Of a stretch of 64,000 bases of DNA, positions 1-9,916 are shown piece by piece. Where the stretch lies: contig CAXXMU010000006.1 in NCBI GenBank assembly GCA_963667785.2, forward strand, positions 288,001 through 352,000, read 5' to 3'. Under the pieces are notes generated by a model. It searched no databases. It saw only the letters and a list, made by a program, of their open reading frames with translations, and was not told where the DNA came from. Each line of letters starts with the position of its first letter. The stretch's first letter is position 1. A program made the translations under genes and the position numbers. This DNA is from Alphaproteobacteria bacterium. Lineage in GTDB: Bacteria > Pseudomonadota > Alphaproteobacteria > UBA828.

Positions 1-819
1 CGCCTTGCGCAGCGTCTCCCAAGTGAGCGTCCCCTGTGCGGCGCTCACGATCAGCGCACCCAGCACGCCGACCGCGGCGGCCTCGGACGGGCTCGCGATC
101 CCGCCGTACATCGAGCCCAGCACCGCGAGGATCAGGAACACCACGGGGCCCAGATGCCGCAGGCCGAGCAGCTTGTCGGCGAGGCTCATGCTCTCCGCCT
201 CGTCCGGTGCGAGCGAGGCCTTCCAGCTCGTTCGGATGCCGAGCCAGGTCATGTAGAGGATCGCGAGCATGAGCCCCGGAATGATGCCGGCGAGGAAGAG
301 CTTGAGGATCGAAGTCTCCGACAGCACGCCGTAGATGATGAGGATGATGCTCGGCGGGATCAGGAAGCCCAGCGTACCGGCGCCGGCGAGCGAGCCCATC
401 GCCAAGTCGCGGTCGTAGCCGCGGCGCAACAGCTCCGTCAGCGTGATGCGGCCGACTGTCGCCGTGGTCGCGGCCGAGGAGCCGGAGATGGCCGCGAACA
501 TGGTGCAGCCCAGCACGTTCACGTGCAGCAGGCGCCCCGGCAGGTGCGTCGTCCACGGCGCGAGCCCGGTGAAGAGCGAAGCGGAGAGGCGGGAGTGGAA
601 CAGGATCTCCGCCATCAGGATGAAGAGCGGGAGCGCGATGAGCTCGGGCGTGGTCGTCGCATTCCAGGTGAGCTGCGCGAGCAGCTTCTCGACCGGCAGG
701 TCGCGGAAGATGGCGAGGCCGGCGAGGCCCGGCGCGTAAAGGGCGAGCCCGACCCAGACGCCGAGACCCAGGGTCAGGGCGAGCACGCCGAGAACGGCGC
801 CGGCGGCTGCGACGGTCAT
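1..819 (-). CDS. TRAP transporter large permease (DctM), 3' end runs off the window
   Basis: Minus-strand frame from ATG at 819 reads MTVAAAGAVLGVLALTLGLGVWVGLAL...ELIALPLFILMAEIL...GTLGFLIPPSIILIIYG, typical of DctM; follows dctP and dctQ. Confidence 0.9.
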   Translation of the reverse strand, partial: MTVAAAGAVLGVLALTLGLGVWVGLALYAPGLAGLAIFRDLPVEKLLAQLTWNATTTPELIALPLFILMAEILFHSRLSASLFTGLAPWTTHLPGRLLHVNVLGCTMFAAISGSSAATTATVGRITLTELLRRGYDRDLAMGSLAGAGTLGFLIPPSIILIIYGVLSETSILKLFLAGIIPGLMLAILYMTWLGIRTSWKASLAPDEAESMSLADKLLGLRHLGPVVFLILAVLGSMYGGIASPSEAAAVGVLGALIVSAAQGTLTWETLRKA

Positions 820-823
820 GCGC

Positions 824-1429
824 TCATCCCGCGCTGAACTCGTCCTTCGCGGCTTCGTCCTCCGGCGGCTCGCCGATCAGCAGGCGCAGCGCCCGGGCAA
901 CGAGCTGCAGCGTGAGCAGGGCCGCGCCGAAGGCCATCGCCGCCTGGGGGTAGACCAGAGGCGTCTCGTCGATGGTGGGCGACGTGCTGCCGCTCACCCA
1001 TGACCGCGCGGCGAAGGCGGTGAGCGCCCACGCGAGGAACCCGGCGATCATCGTGCCGACCGCCGTGGCGGCGGCGTCGAGCCAGTAGGCCAGCCGGGGC
1101 GGAATGCTCTGCGAGAGCAGCATCACCCTGACGTACCCGCCCGTCCTGAGCGCGAATGCTGCGGCGAGGAAGATCGAGACCGCGAAGAAGTACGCCGCGT
1201 ACTCCCAGGCGAAGGAGAGGCTGACGTTGAGGACGGTGCGGCAGAAGATCTCCGCGAGGATGAGCCCGGCGATCCCCAGAACCAGCACGGCCGCGACGTA
1301 GCCGCAGACGCGCGACAGCGTGTCTATGCCTGCGAGAACCCGTGCAAGAACGGACAAGGGGCCGGCCTCCTCTGCCCGCTCCGGGCCATCCGGACCGGAG
1401 CCCGGTGCCGACGACGCCCCGCCGGGCAC
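824..1429 (-). CDS. TRAP transporter small permease (DctQ)
   Basis: About 4 TM segments; lies between dctP and dctM; start uncertain. Confidence 0.85.
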   Translation of the reverse strand: MPGGASSAPGSGPDGPERAEEAGPLSVLARVLAGIDTLSRVCGYVAAVLVLGIAGLILAEIFCRTVLNVSLSFAWEYAAYFFAVSIFLAAAFALRTGGYVRVMLLSQSIPPRLAYWLDAAATAVGTMIAGFLAWALTAFAARSWVSGSTSPTIDETPLVYPQAAMAFGAALLTLQLVARALRLLIGEPPEDEAAKDEFSAG

Positions 1430-1444
1430 CGGAGCCGCGCCCGG

Positions 1445-2449
1445 CTAGCGCTCGATGTCTTGCAGGAAGCCGTCGATGATCGCCTGGCCTTCGTCCCCCA
1501 GCTCGGCCAGCGCCTCGGCCAGCATCGGCTCGGTCGCGGCCTGCATGTCGGCCAGCATCGCCGCAGGCACCTCGCCCATCGCCACGCCGCGCTCGTTCAG
1601 GATCTTCGACTTGGCCGCGTCCTCCGCCTTGCTGACCTGCCAGAACACCGGCTCGAGCATCCGCGCCGCCCCCTCGATGGCGTCGCGCTGGCCCTCGGTA
1701 AGCTCGTTCCAGGCATCCAGATTGACCGAGACCATGTTCGACGACCAGACGTGACTCGTCGGGTACATGTGCGTGAGGAACTCCCAGAACTTCCCGTCCA
1801 CGCCGGAGCTCGCCGAGGTCGTGACCGCGTCGATGGTCCCCGCCGCGAGCGACGGCACCACCTCGCCCCAGGGAAGCTGCACCGAGGTCATGCCGATGCG
1901 GTTGAACATCTCGGTCGTCGTGTCGTTGTAGGTGCGGATCTTGATGCCGGCGAGGTCCGCTACCCCCGCCGCCTCCACCTTGGTGTAGACGTACTGGCGC
2001 GGCCACGGCACGACGTAGAGCGCCTTCTGGTTGTACGCCGCCGCCACCCTCTCGATGGCCGGGCGAAAGTGCTTGTGGAAGATCGCGAGCTCATCGAGGT
2101 CCTCGATGATGTATGGCTGCGTCTCCAGCCCGAGGATTTTCCGCTCTCCCACCTGCTGGTTGAGCAGCATCTCGCCGATGGGCACGAGGCCGTCGCCGAC
2201 CGCGTTCAGCATCTCCGGCCCCTTGAAGCCGAGGGAGCCGCCCGGGTGAATGTTGATGACGACCTCTCCGCCGGTCACCTGGCTCACCACCTGGGCGAAG
2301 GTCCTGGCGTTCTCGACGTGGAAGTTGCCGTCGGTCCACGCGAGCGGCAGGTCCCACTCGGTCTCGGCGACGGCGGTCGCGGTCAGGGAGACCGAGAGCA
2401 GCGCCGCCGAAGCAAGGGCGACGGCTGCGCGTTTCGCGGAATGCATCAT
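1445..2449 (-). CDS. TRAP transporter substrate-binding protein (DctP family)
   Basis: Signal peptide; DLAGIKIR and LPWGEVVPSLAAGTID motifs. Confidence 0.9.
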   Translation of the reverse strand: MMHSAKRAAVALASAALLSVSLTATAVAETEWDLPLAWTDGNFHVENARTFAQVVSQVTGGEVVINIHPGGSLGFKGPEMLNAVGDGLVPIGEMLLNQQVGERKILGLETQPYIIEDLDELAIFHKHFRPAIERVAAAYNQKALYVVPWPRQYVYTKVEAAGVADLAGIKIRTYNDTTTEMFNRIGMTSVQLPWGEVVPSLAAGTIDAVTTSASSGVDGKFWEFLTHMYPTSHVWSSNMVSVNLDAWNELTEGQRDAIEGAARMLEPVFWQVSKAEDAAKSKILNERGVAMGEVPAAMLADMQAATEPMLAEALAELGDEGQAIIDGFLQDIER

Positions 2450-2748
2450 GGCTCAATACCTCTTCGTCAAATCCGGCTTCAACGATCCTGCCCTCGTTCC
2501 GGGCGCAGCCCGCATGTCGCGCTCTCTCATTGTTCGGAGAGGAAGACCCCCGGACAACGAATTCCTACCCGATGGCAACGGCTTGCGCTACGTCCGCCAC
2601 CCCACGATCCGATCCGACGCCAATAATCCGGGCTAGGTATACACCTCCGATGACACGCGCGACGACCCCACGGCGTCACCGATACAGTGCGCCCCGCAGC
2701 ATCAGGCCGCGCCTGGGCCGAGCTTCTGGACGTGAGCCCCTTCGATCC

Positions 2749-3783
2749 TCAGCGGCGGCCGGCGCCGAGCAGCTTCTCCGCCTCTACCTGGAAGTCGTCG
2801 AAATAGTCGAGCGCGTCGTGACCGCGCAGCGCGTCACGATGCTTGAAGCAGTTGACGGTGTGCCCCTGGGCGACCGTGTCTTCCGGCGGCATCTCGCTGC
2901 GGCACCGATCGTCGGCAAAGGGGCAGCGCCCGGCGAGGTAGCAGCCGGTCGGAAGGTCGATCGGGCTCGGAATCTCGCCTGCGAGGTCGACGGCGCTTTC
3001 CCGCTTGAGGTTCGGGTTGGGCAGCAGGACGGAGGAGAGAAGGCCGACGCTGTAGGGATGGCGCGGGTGGCTGAAGAGCTCCTTGGCGGTGCCGAGCTCC
3101 ACGATCATGCCGAGATACATCACCGCGACGCGGTGGCTCAGGTAGCGCACCGTGCTGAGGTCGTGGCTGATGAAGAGGTAGGCGGTTTCCAGTTCCTGCT
3201 GCAGGCGGATCAGGAGGTCGATGATCTCCGCCCGCGCCGTCGGGTCGAGGGCCGAGGTGGGCTCGTCCAGCACGATCAGCTCGGGATCGGTGACGATGGC
3301 GCGGGCGATACCCACCCGCTGCTGCTGGCCCGCGCTGAGCTCGGCCGGGAACTGCTCCAGCGTCGAATCGCGCAAGCCCACCCGGCGCGCGACGTCGCGC
3401 ACCCGCCGGCGCTGGTCGGGGCGGGAGACTCCCATGGAGCGCAGCGGCTCGGCGATGGTGTTGCCGATCCGCACCTGCGGGTCGAGGGATTCGGCGGGCT
3501 CCTGGAAGACCAGCTGCAGCTTGCCGCGCAGCTCGCGCGTGCGGATGTTGCGCCGCCGGTCGATGGGCTTTCCGTGGAAGCCGATGGCGCCGTCCGTCGA
3601 CTTGATGAGGCCGAGGACGCAGCGGCCGACCGTTGTCTTGCCCGAACCGGACTCGCCCACCAGCGAGAGCGTCTCGCCCCTGGCGACGGAGAAGCTCACC
3701 CCGTTCACCGCCTGCACCACCGAGCGCGAGCCCGCGATGGGGAAGTGCTTGACCAGCCCGTCTACGGTGAGGACGGCGCTCAT
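2749..3783 (-). CDS. Oligopeptide/dipeptide ABC transporter ATP-binding subunit (DppF/OppF-like)
   Basis: [28 protein letters not shown] and C-terminal Cys cluster; start set to ATG at 3783 (MSAVLTV), coupled to the upstream stop. Confidence 0.92.
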   Translation of the reverse strand: MSAVLTVDGLVKHFPIAGSRSVVQAVNGVSFSVARGETLSLVGESGSGKTTVGRCVLGLIKSTDGAIGFHGKPIDRRRNIRTRELRGKLQLVFQEPAESLDPQVRIGNTIAEPLRSMGVSRPDQRRRVRDVARRVGLRDSTLEQFPAELSAGQQQRVGIARAIVTDPELIVLDEPTSALDPTARAEIIDLLIRLQQELETAYLFISHDLSTVRYLSHRVAVMYLGMIVELGTAKELFSHPRHPYSVGLLSSVLLPNPNLKRESAVDLAGEIPSPIDLPTGCYLAGRCPFADDRCRSEMPPEDTVAQGHTVNCFKHRDALRGHDALDYFDDFQVEAEKLLGAGRR

Positions 3784-4802
3784 GCCACCCGCTCCACCGG
3801 GAAGTGACAACGCACGAGGTGGCGGGTGCCAAGCTCGCGCAGGTCGGGGTGACGCGCGTCGCACTCGTCCTCGCGGTGGACACAGCGAGGCGCGTAGAGA
3901 CAGGCCCTGCCTGCCTCCGCCTCGGTCGAGGCGAGCGGCTTGTGCCACTTGTTCCGGAGCGCCGGGTTGTGGGCGAAGGCGGCGAGCAGCATGACGCTGT
4001 ACGGGTGCTGAGGATTGTCGAAGAAGTCAGCGGTCTTCGCGAACTCCACGATCTCGCCGCGATAGATCACGGCAACCCGGTCGCAGAAGTGAGCGGTGAT
4101 GCCAACATCGCGGGTGATGAAGAGCATCGAGGTGTCGTGCTCCCGCACGAGCGTGCGCAACAGGTCGAGCACCTGGGCCTGTACCGTCACGTCGAGGCCG
4201 CTGGTGGCGTCGTCCGAGATCACGAACTTGGGCGAGCAGACCAGCGAGATCGCCATCACGACCCGCTGCGCCATGCCGCCACTGAGCTCGTGCGGGAAGG
4301 CGCGGAAGCGCCGCGCAGGATCCGGGATGTGCACCGCCTTCAGCATGTCGAGCGCCATCTTGTCAGCCTCGGCGCGGCCGATGTCGAGATGGGCGCGGGC
4401 AACGGCGGCGATCTGCTTGCCGACCGGGATCAGCGGATCGAGCTCGCTGCGCGGGTTGGGGATCACCATGGCGATGTCCCTGCCGCGGATCGCGCGCAGC
4501 TGGTTCTCGGAGAGCGTCCGCATGTCCTTGCCGTCGAACTGGATCGAACCGCTGTCGATGCGTCCGGGCTGGGTCAAGAGCCCCATCACGGCGCGGGCCA
4601 GCGTCGTCTTGCCCGAGCCCGATTCGCCCACCAGCCCGACGATCTCGCCGCTGCGCACGCTGAGGTCGAGGTCCCGCACCGCGCGCACCGGCTCCTCTTC
4701 GTAGACCGGGTAGGAGACGTTGAGTCCGGCGATGTCGAGCATCGTCGTGCCCGGCGCGCCCGCCTGCGGTGCCATGGTCGTGTCGGTTGCGGCGGCGGCC
4801 AT
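3780..4802 (-). CDS. Oligopeptide/dipeptide ABC transporter ATP-binding subunit (DppD/OppD-like)
   Basis: C-terminal part of ORF 3780..7004: [23 protein letters not shown]; start at ATG 4802 (MAAAATDT). Confidence 0.9.
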   Translation of the reverse strand: MAAAATDTTMAPQAGAPGTTMLDIAGLNVSYPVYEEEPVRAVRDLDLSVRSGEIVGLVGESGSGKTTLARAVMGLLTQPGRIDSGSIQFDGKDMRTLSENQLRAIRGRDIAMVIPNPRSELDPLIPVGKQIAAVARAHLDIGRAEADKMALDMLKAVHIPDPARRFRAFPHELSGGMAQRVVMAISLVCSPKFVISDDATSGLDVTVQAQVLDLLRTLVREHDTSMLFITRDVGITAHFCDRVAVIYRGEIVEFAKTADFFDNPQHPYSVMLLAAFAHNPALRNKWHKPLASTEAEAGRACLYAPRCVHREDECDARHPDLRELGTRHLVRCHFPVERVA

Positions 4803-4804
4803 CG

Positions 4805-5815
4805 TCAGCCCCTGATGCGCGGGTCGATGGCGAAATAGATCAGGTCCACCAGCAGGTAGATGATCAGCGAGAGAATCGCCGAGAAGAGCACGAAACCCAG
4901 CACCGGATTGATGTCGGCGTTGAGCACGCCCTGCACGGCGTACTGCCCGGCGCCGCCCCAGCTGAAGACGATCTCCACCAGCACCGCGCCGCCGATGAGG
5001 AAGCCGTAGAGCACGCTCACGATGGTGACCACCGAGGGCAGCGAGTTGCGGAACGCCTTGCGGATCACGACCCGCTTGGGCAGCCCGCACATCTCGGCGT
5101 AGCGGATCAGGTCGGATTCCAGCATCCGCTCCATGGTGGCCTGGGTCATCTTGAGGATCGGCCCGGCGTTGATGACGGCGAGCGTGACCACCGGCAGCAC
5201 CAAGTGGCCCAGCGTCGACCAGAGCGCCTGCCAGTTGCCGGCGATCAGGCTGTCGATGATCAGGAAGTTGGTGACCGGCGTCGGCGGCAGCACCGCGAAG
5301 TCGATGCGCCCGAGCGGCGCCGGGGCCACCTGCATGATCGTGTAGAACAGGTAGATCAGGATCAGCCCCAGCCAGAAGTCCGGCAGCGAGCCGGCGAGCA
5401 GGCCGTAGTAGTCGGAGAACTTCTTGACGATCGAGCGCTTGAAGTAGGCGGCGGCGACGCCGAGGGGAATACCGATCAGCAGCGCGAGCAGGAGCGAGAG
5501 GGTGATGAGCTCCAGCGTCGCGGGGAAGCGGATGGCGAGATCGTCGAAGACGGGCTTCGTGGTCTGCCACGAGGTGCCGAGGTCGCCCTGCACCAGGTTC
5601 TGCAGGTAGATCCAGAACTGGTCGATGATCGTGCCGTCGAGCCCCATCTCCGCGTTGAGCATGGCGAGCTGCTCTTCGGTCGCGAAGGGGCCCAGCATCA
5701 TCACGGCCGGGTCGCCGGGGATCAGCTTCACCAGCAGGAAGCTCACCAGGATGATGCCGAAGAGCTGTGGCCCGATGAAGAGGAAGCGGCGGCCGACGTA
5801 GCGGAGGATGCGCAT
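4805..5815 (-). CDS. Peptide ABC transporter permease (DppB-like)
   Basis: IPGDPA, GDLGTS, FPATLEL, VEIVFSWGG, DPRI. Confidence 0.92.
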   Translation of the reverse strand: MRILRYVGRRFLFIGPQLFGIILVSFLLVKLIPGDPAVMMLGPFATEEQLAMLNAEMGLDGTIIDQFWIYLQNLVQGDLGTSWQTTKPVFDDLAIRFPATLELITLSLLLALLIGIPLGVAAAYFKRSIVKKFSDYYGLLAGSLPDFWLGLILIYLFYTIMQVAPAPLGRIDFAVLPPTPVTNFLIIDSLIAGNWQALWSTLGHLVLPVVTLAVINAGPILKMTQATMERMLESDLIRYAEMCGLPKRVVIRKAFRNSLPSVVTIVSVLYGFLIGGAVLVEIVFSWGGAGQYAVQGVLNADINPVLGFVLFSAILSLIIYLLVDLIYFAIDPRIRG

Positions 5816-5824
5816 CGCTCGTCC

Positions 5825-6775
5825 CTACGCCGTCTTCTTCTTCTCGCGCAGCGTGCCGGCGAGCGCGCGCCTGCGCGCCGGGTCCGCCAGCACCTCGACG
5901 CTCGCGCCGACCAGCGCGAAGCCGAACACGGTGACCGCGAGCGCGATGCCGGGGAAGACCGAGGGCCACCACTGGCCGGTGATGATGTTCTGGAAGCCCA
6001 TGGCGATCATGCTGCCCCACTCGGGCGTGGGCGCGACCACGCCGGCGCCGACGAAGCTCAAGGCCGCCGTGAGCAGGATCGACCAGCCGATGTTGACCGA
6101 TAGCTGGGCCAGGATCGGCGCCATCGAATTCGGGATGATGTGGCGCAGCATGATCATCAGGTCGGAGGCGCCCGAGACGTAGGAAGCCTCGACGTAGCGC
6201 ATGTTGCGGATCGCCAGCACCTGGCTGCGCATGAGCCGCAGGTAGATCGGCGCGTTCACGAAGGCGATGGCGGCGATGATGCTCTCCAGGCTCTGGCCGA
6301 AGATCGCCACCAGAGCGATGGCGAAGACGAAGACGGGGAAGGCCTGCAGCACGTCGGCTGCGCGCATCACGAAGCCCGCGCCGAAGGAGCCGAAGCCGCC
6401 GCCTTCCTGGTAATAGCCGACCACCGCACCGATGAAGGAGCCGACGACGGCCGAGATCATCGTGCCCGCGAGCGCGATCGTGAGGTCGATGCGCGGCGCG
6501 TAGACGATGCGGCTGAAGATATCCATGCCGGTCGCATCGGTGCCGAAGAGGTGGCGCCAGCTCGGGCCCTGCAGGAAGTCGGCCGGGTTCGCGACCTCGG
6601 GTTCGTAGGGCGCGATCAGCGGCGCGAAGATGGCGAGCACGATGACGAGCAGAACGATGACGTAGCCGAGCGCAAAAAGGGGCCGCGCCCGCAGCACCGC
6701 GAACAGGAAGCGGAGGGCGAAGAGGGTGGCGTCCCAGCGGCTGCGCTCGGAAGAGCCGGCGGCGATGTCCGTCAT
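5825..6775 (-). CDS. Peptide ABC transporter permease (DppC-like)
   Basis: HLFGTDATGMDIFSR, RHIIPN, PTPEWGSMI. Confidence 0.92.
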   Translation of the reverse strand: MTDIAAGSSERSRWDATLFALRFLFAVLRARPLFALGYVIVLLVIVLAIFAPLIAPYEPEVANPADFLQGPSWRHLFGTDATGMDIFSRIVYAPRIDLTIALAGTMISAVVGSFIGAVVGYYQEGGGFGSFGAGFVMRAADVLQAFPVFVFAIALVAIFGQSLESIIAAIAFVNAPIYLRLMRSQVLAIRNMRYVEASYVSGASDLMIMLRHIIPNSMAPILAQLSVNIGWSILLTAALSFVGAGVVAPTPEWGSMIAMGFQNIITGQWWPSVFPGIALAVTVFGFALVGASVEVLADPARRRALAGTLREKKKTA

Positions 6776-6834
6776 GGATCGCGCGGCATGCGCGTGGCGC
6801 GAGTGAGTGTTCGCTCAGAACGGAGGGATGCGGG

Positions 6835-6868
6835 CGGGCCGCGCCGCCGCGGGTGGCGACGCGGCCCG
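6835..6868 (-). terminator. GC-rich stem-loop after the binding-protein gene (attenuator or mRNA stabiliser)
   Basis: Arms cgggccgcgccgcc / ggcgacgcggcccg pair over 14 bp with one G-U on the minus strand; no U-tract. Confidence 0.5.
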
Positions 6869-6879
6869 GAGAGCATCCC

Positions 6880-8547
6880 TTACGCCTCCCGACTGAAGTC
6901 CTGGAAGCGGATGTTGTTGGAGGTGTAGTAGGTCCACCCCTTGATGTCGGAGCGACGCGCCATCGAATAGTTCGTGAAGGCGACGAACACCCACGGCGCC
7001 TCACGCATCACGATCTGCTGCACCTCGTCCATCATGGCGAGGCGCGCATCCATGTCGCTCGTCCTCGCCGCATTGTCGATGAGCTCGTCCACCCGTGCGT
7101 TCTCGTAGTTCGAGTAGTTGATGAACGACTTGGAGTGGAAGTAGAGGTTCATCGAGTAGCCCGGATCCGGGCACCACGGCGAATCGTAGTAGAAGATCAT
7201 CGGCTGCTTGCGCTCGGAGACGTTGTTGTAGAACGTCGATGCCGGAATCTTCTTGAGCTGGAGGTTGACCCCGATCTCCTTGAGCGCGCTCTGGAAGAGG
7301 ATCGCGGTGGTCTCCTGCGTCGTCACCGCGGCGTTGTAGCCGAGCGTGGTCTCGAAGCCGTCGCCGTATCCGGCCCCCTTGAGCAGCTCCCGCGCCAGGT
7401 CGAGATTCTGGGTCTCGTATTCCGAATAGTCCCCGTTGAAGCCCGGATAGATGTCGGGCATGCAGCCGGTGAGCGGGCTCGCCAGGTTCTGGAACACGGT
7501 GGAGATGACCTGCTCCTGCGGGAACGCGAAGTTCATCGCGCGGCGCACGTCGATGTTGTCGAAGGGCGGGATCTTGGCGTTGAGCTCGATGAGCAGCTTG
7601 AAGGTCGCGCGGACCGTGTCGACGCTCACGCCCGGCGCGTTCGCGAGCTGCACCAGCTCGAGCGGCTGCAGGTATTGCGCGATGTCCACCGCGCCGCCTT
7701 GCAGAAGCTGGGCCCGGTTGGCAGACGTGGGCACCTCGCGCAGGATCACCGTGTCCATGGCCGCCTTGCCGCCGTAATAGTCGTCGCGGGCCTTGTAGAC
7801 CGCCTGGGCGCCCCGCGTGAGCTGCTCGATGCGGTAGGGGCCGAAGCCGGCGGTCTCGTTCTTCAGGAACTCCTTGGCCCACGGGTCGTCCGAGCCGCCG
7901 GCTGCCTGGCACTGCGTGGAATCGTAGATCGGATTGTAGAGGTTCGGCTGCAGCTTCAGCAGCAGCGGGTTCGGATGATCGAGGTTGAAGGAGACGACGT
8001 ACTTGTCCTCGGCCTTGATCTGCTCCTTCCGCTTGAGGCTGATGGTATTGGCGAAGAAGCCGCCGATGGCGCCCAGCTCCAGCTTGCGATGCCAGGTCCA
8101 GACCACGTCTTCCGCCGTCAGCTCGTTGCCCCAGTTGCTCTTCACGCCTTCGCGCAGCTTGAAGCGGATCCACTGGCTGTTGGGGTCGATGTCCCAGCTT
8201 TCGGCGAGCTTGCCCTTCATGTTCACGCGGCCGGGGCGGTCCGGGTAGTCCTTGATGTCCTCGCGCAGGGCGTCGGGGTCGTCAGGGTCGGGGATCTTCT
8301 CGAATTCGACGAGCGAATCGTAACAGGCGGCCACCGATTCGAAGGTCCCGAGGCTCACGTCATACTCGCTGTCGAGGCTCTGCGGGGTCGCGGGTGCGGC
8401 GATCACCAGCGTCGATGCCCGGTCCTGCGCCAAGGCGTCGCGGCTCGCGATCGCCCCCGGCACCGCCGCAGCCGCGGCTGCCGCGGTCGTGCCCTTGAGG
8501 AAGGTACGCCGGTCCAGCGGCCAGCGATTGCCCGTCGAATTCGTCAT
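6880..8547 (-). CDS. ABC transporter substrate-binding protein, family 5, Tat-exported
   Basis: Twin-arginine motif DRRTFLKG; LAESWDI..FKLREGVK..AEDVVW; start at ATG 8547 after a GGGAG RBS. Confidence 0.9.
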   Translation of the reverse strand: MTNSTGNRWPLDRRTFLKGTTAAAAAAAVPGAIASRDALAQDRASTLVIAAPATPQSLDSEYDVSLGTFESVAACYDSLVEFEKIPDPDDPDALREDIKDYPDRPGRVNMKGKLAESWDIDPNSQWIRFKLREGVKSNWGNELTAEDVVWTWHRKLELGAIGGFFANTISLKRKEQIKAEDKYVVSFNLDHPNPLLLKLQPNLYNPIYDSTQCQAAGGSDDPWAKEFLKNETAGFGPYRIEQLTRGAQAVYKARDDYYGGKAAMDTVILREVPTSANRAQLLQGGAVDIAQYLQPLELVQLANAPGVSVDTVRATFKLLIELNAKIPPFDNIDVRRAMNFAFPQEQVISTVFQNLASPLTGCMPDIYPGFNGDYSEYETQNLDLARELLKGAGYGDGFETTLGYNAAVTTQETTAILFQSALKEIGVNLQLKKIPASTFYNNVSERKQPMIFYYDSPWCPDPGYSMNLYFHSKSFINYSNYENARVDELIDNAARTSDMDARLAMMDEVQQIVMREAPWVFVAFTNYSMARRSDIKGWTYYTSNNIRFQDFSREA

Positions 8548-8642
8548 GGTGATCTCCCTTGATGAACGGTGCGGGGCCGGTGGCCCCGCAGTCCGCGCCA
8601 ATATAGGCGAACGCGCTGCCCGACGCGACGATCATCCAGCGA

Positions 8643-9665
8643 TCATCGGGCGAAGGCGGCGATCATCGCTTCGTGGTTGGCACGTGTCTCCTCCGGGTCG
8701 TCGGGGAAGATCGGGCATGTCAGAATCACGGTGTCGACGAGGCCCTCGAAGGGCGCGAGCTGCGCGCGCACCTCGTCGGCCGTTCCCGCCAGCACCAGCG
8801 CATCGATCATGTCCTCCGTCACCGCGTCCAGCATGGCCGGAAAGTCGTTTCGCGCATGGGCCGCGCGAATGCGCTCCTTCTGCTCGGCAAACCCCGCCGG
8901 ATCGAGAACGATGTCGAAGTAATCCAGCGTCGCGTAGAAGGCGATCGCATGCCTGGCGAGCGCACGGGCCCGCGCCCGATCCTCATGCACGGTACAGGCC
9001 TTGAGCGTCGCGATCTCGAAGGGGGCACCGGCGCGATCGGCCTTCGCCATGCCGGCGGCGATTCGCGGCCGCACGATGTCGCGGAAATAGGCCGGCGTGT
9101 TCAGCGTGTTGGCCAGCAGGCCATCACCGACCTCGCCGGCCAGCTCGAGCATCCGTTCCCGCACGGCCGCGAGGTAGATCGGCACCGGCGGGCAGGGCGC
9201 GGGGATGAAGCGCCGGTAGCCGCGAACGCTGACGAACTCACCGTCATGGTCGATGGCTTCCGTCGGACTCGCGGTCCACATCTTGCGGATGCACCCGACG
9301 TACTCGCGCATGCGCGCAACCGGTTTGTAGTCGGCGAGCCCATGCCAGTCCCTGTTCCACTCCCGGGGCGCGGTGCCGAGGCCCAACACGAATTTCCGGC
9401 CGGTGAGCTCGGCCATGGTCATGGCCGCGGTCTCGGTGTGCATCGGCGGGCGCGCGAAGGTGGCGACGGCGGTTCCCAATCGCACCGACTCGACGACGCC
9501 GGCCATGGCAGCGAGCGGCGTGAAGGCATCGCGTCCCAGATCGCTCGACCAGAGACTGTCGGCGCCGGCCTCGTCGGCCATGCGGGCGTAGCGGAGAATC
9601 TCGTCCAGCGACAGGTTGTCGCCATTGAAGAGAACGCCCCACTTGATCCGGCGTTCGGCGGCCAC
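8643..9665 (-). CDS. LLM-class (luciferase-like) flavin/F420-dependent oxidoreductase
   Basis: VRLGTAV, GRKFVLGLG, PIYLAA..MLELAGEVGDG; GTG at 9665 with a GGAGG RBS. Confidence 0.85.
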   Translation of the reverse strand: MAAERRIKWGVLFNGDNLSLDEILRYARMADEAGADSLWSSDLGRDAFTPLAAMAGVVESVRLGTAVATFARPPMHTETAAMTMAELTGRKFVLGLGTAPREWNRDWHGLADYKPVARMREYVGCIRKMWTASPTEAIDHDGEFVSVRGYRRFIPAPCPPVPIYLAAVRERMLELAGEVGDGLLANTLNTPAYFRDIVRPRIAAGMAKADRAGAPFEIATLKACTVHEDRARARALARHAIAFYATLDYFDIVLDPAGFAEQKERIRAAHARNDFPAMLDAVTEDMIDALVLAGTADEVRAQLAPFEGLVDTVILTCPIFPDDPEETRANHEAMIAAFAR

Positions 9666-9916
9666 GTCCCCACCTCCTCTCATCGGCTTTCAGCGAAGCG
9701 GCAGGTCGTCGCCGCGACCGCGACCGCGCCTCGCGGGCAATCAACGCATTAACCCGCACTTCTCGCCACGGTCATGGTCCGTGCGGCGGCGAAACACACT
9801 TGCGCCGCCGCGCCCGCTGACGGCAAGCTTCCCACGCGGCAGTCGGGGGAGGATCGTCAGAAGCGGCGCGCCTCGCAATCAACGGTAGAAGGCTGTCGCG
9901 CAGGGAGGGACCGACA

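Noticed and set aside
3780-7004. 1074-aa ORF and many other long overlapping ORFs (e.g. 27736..30549, 14688..17267, 16241..18676)
   Set aside because: Shadow frames caused by high GC; they are Arg/Ala/Gly/Pro-rich and overlap genes with clear motifs. Only the 3' part of 3780..7004 is a real gene
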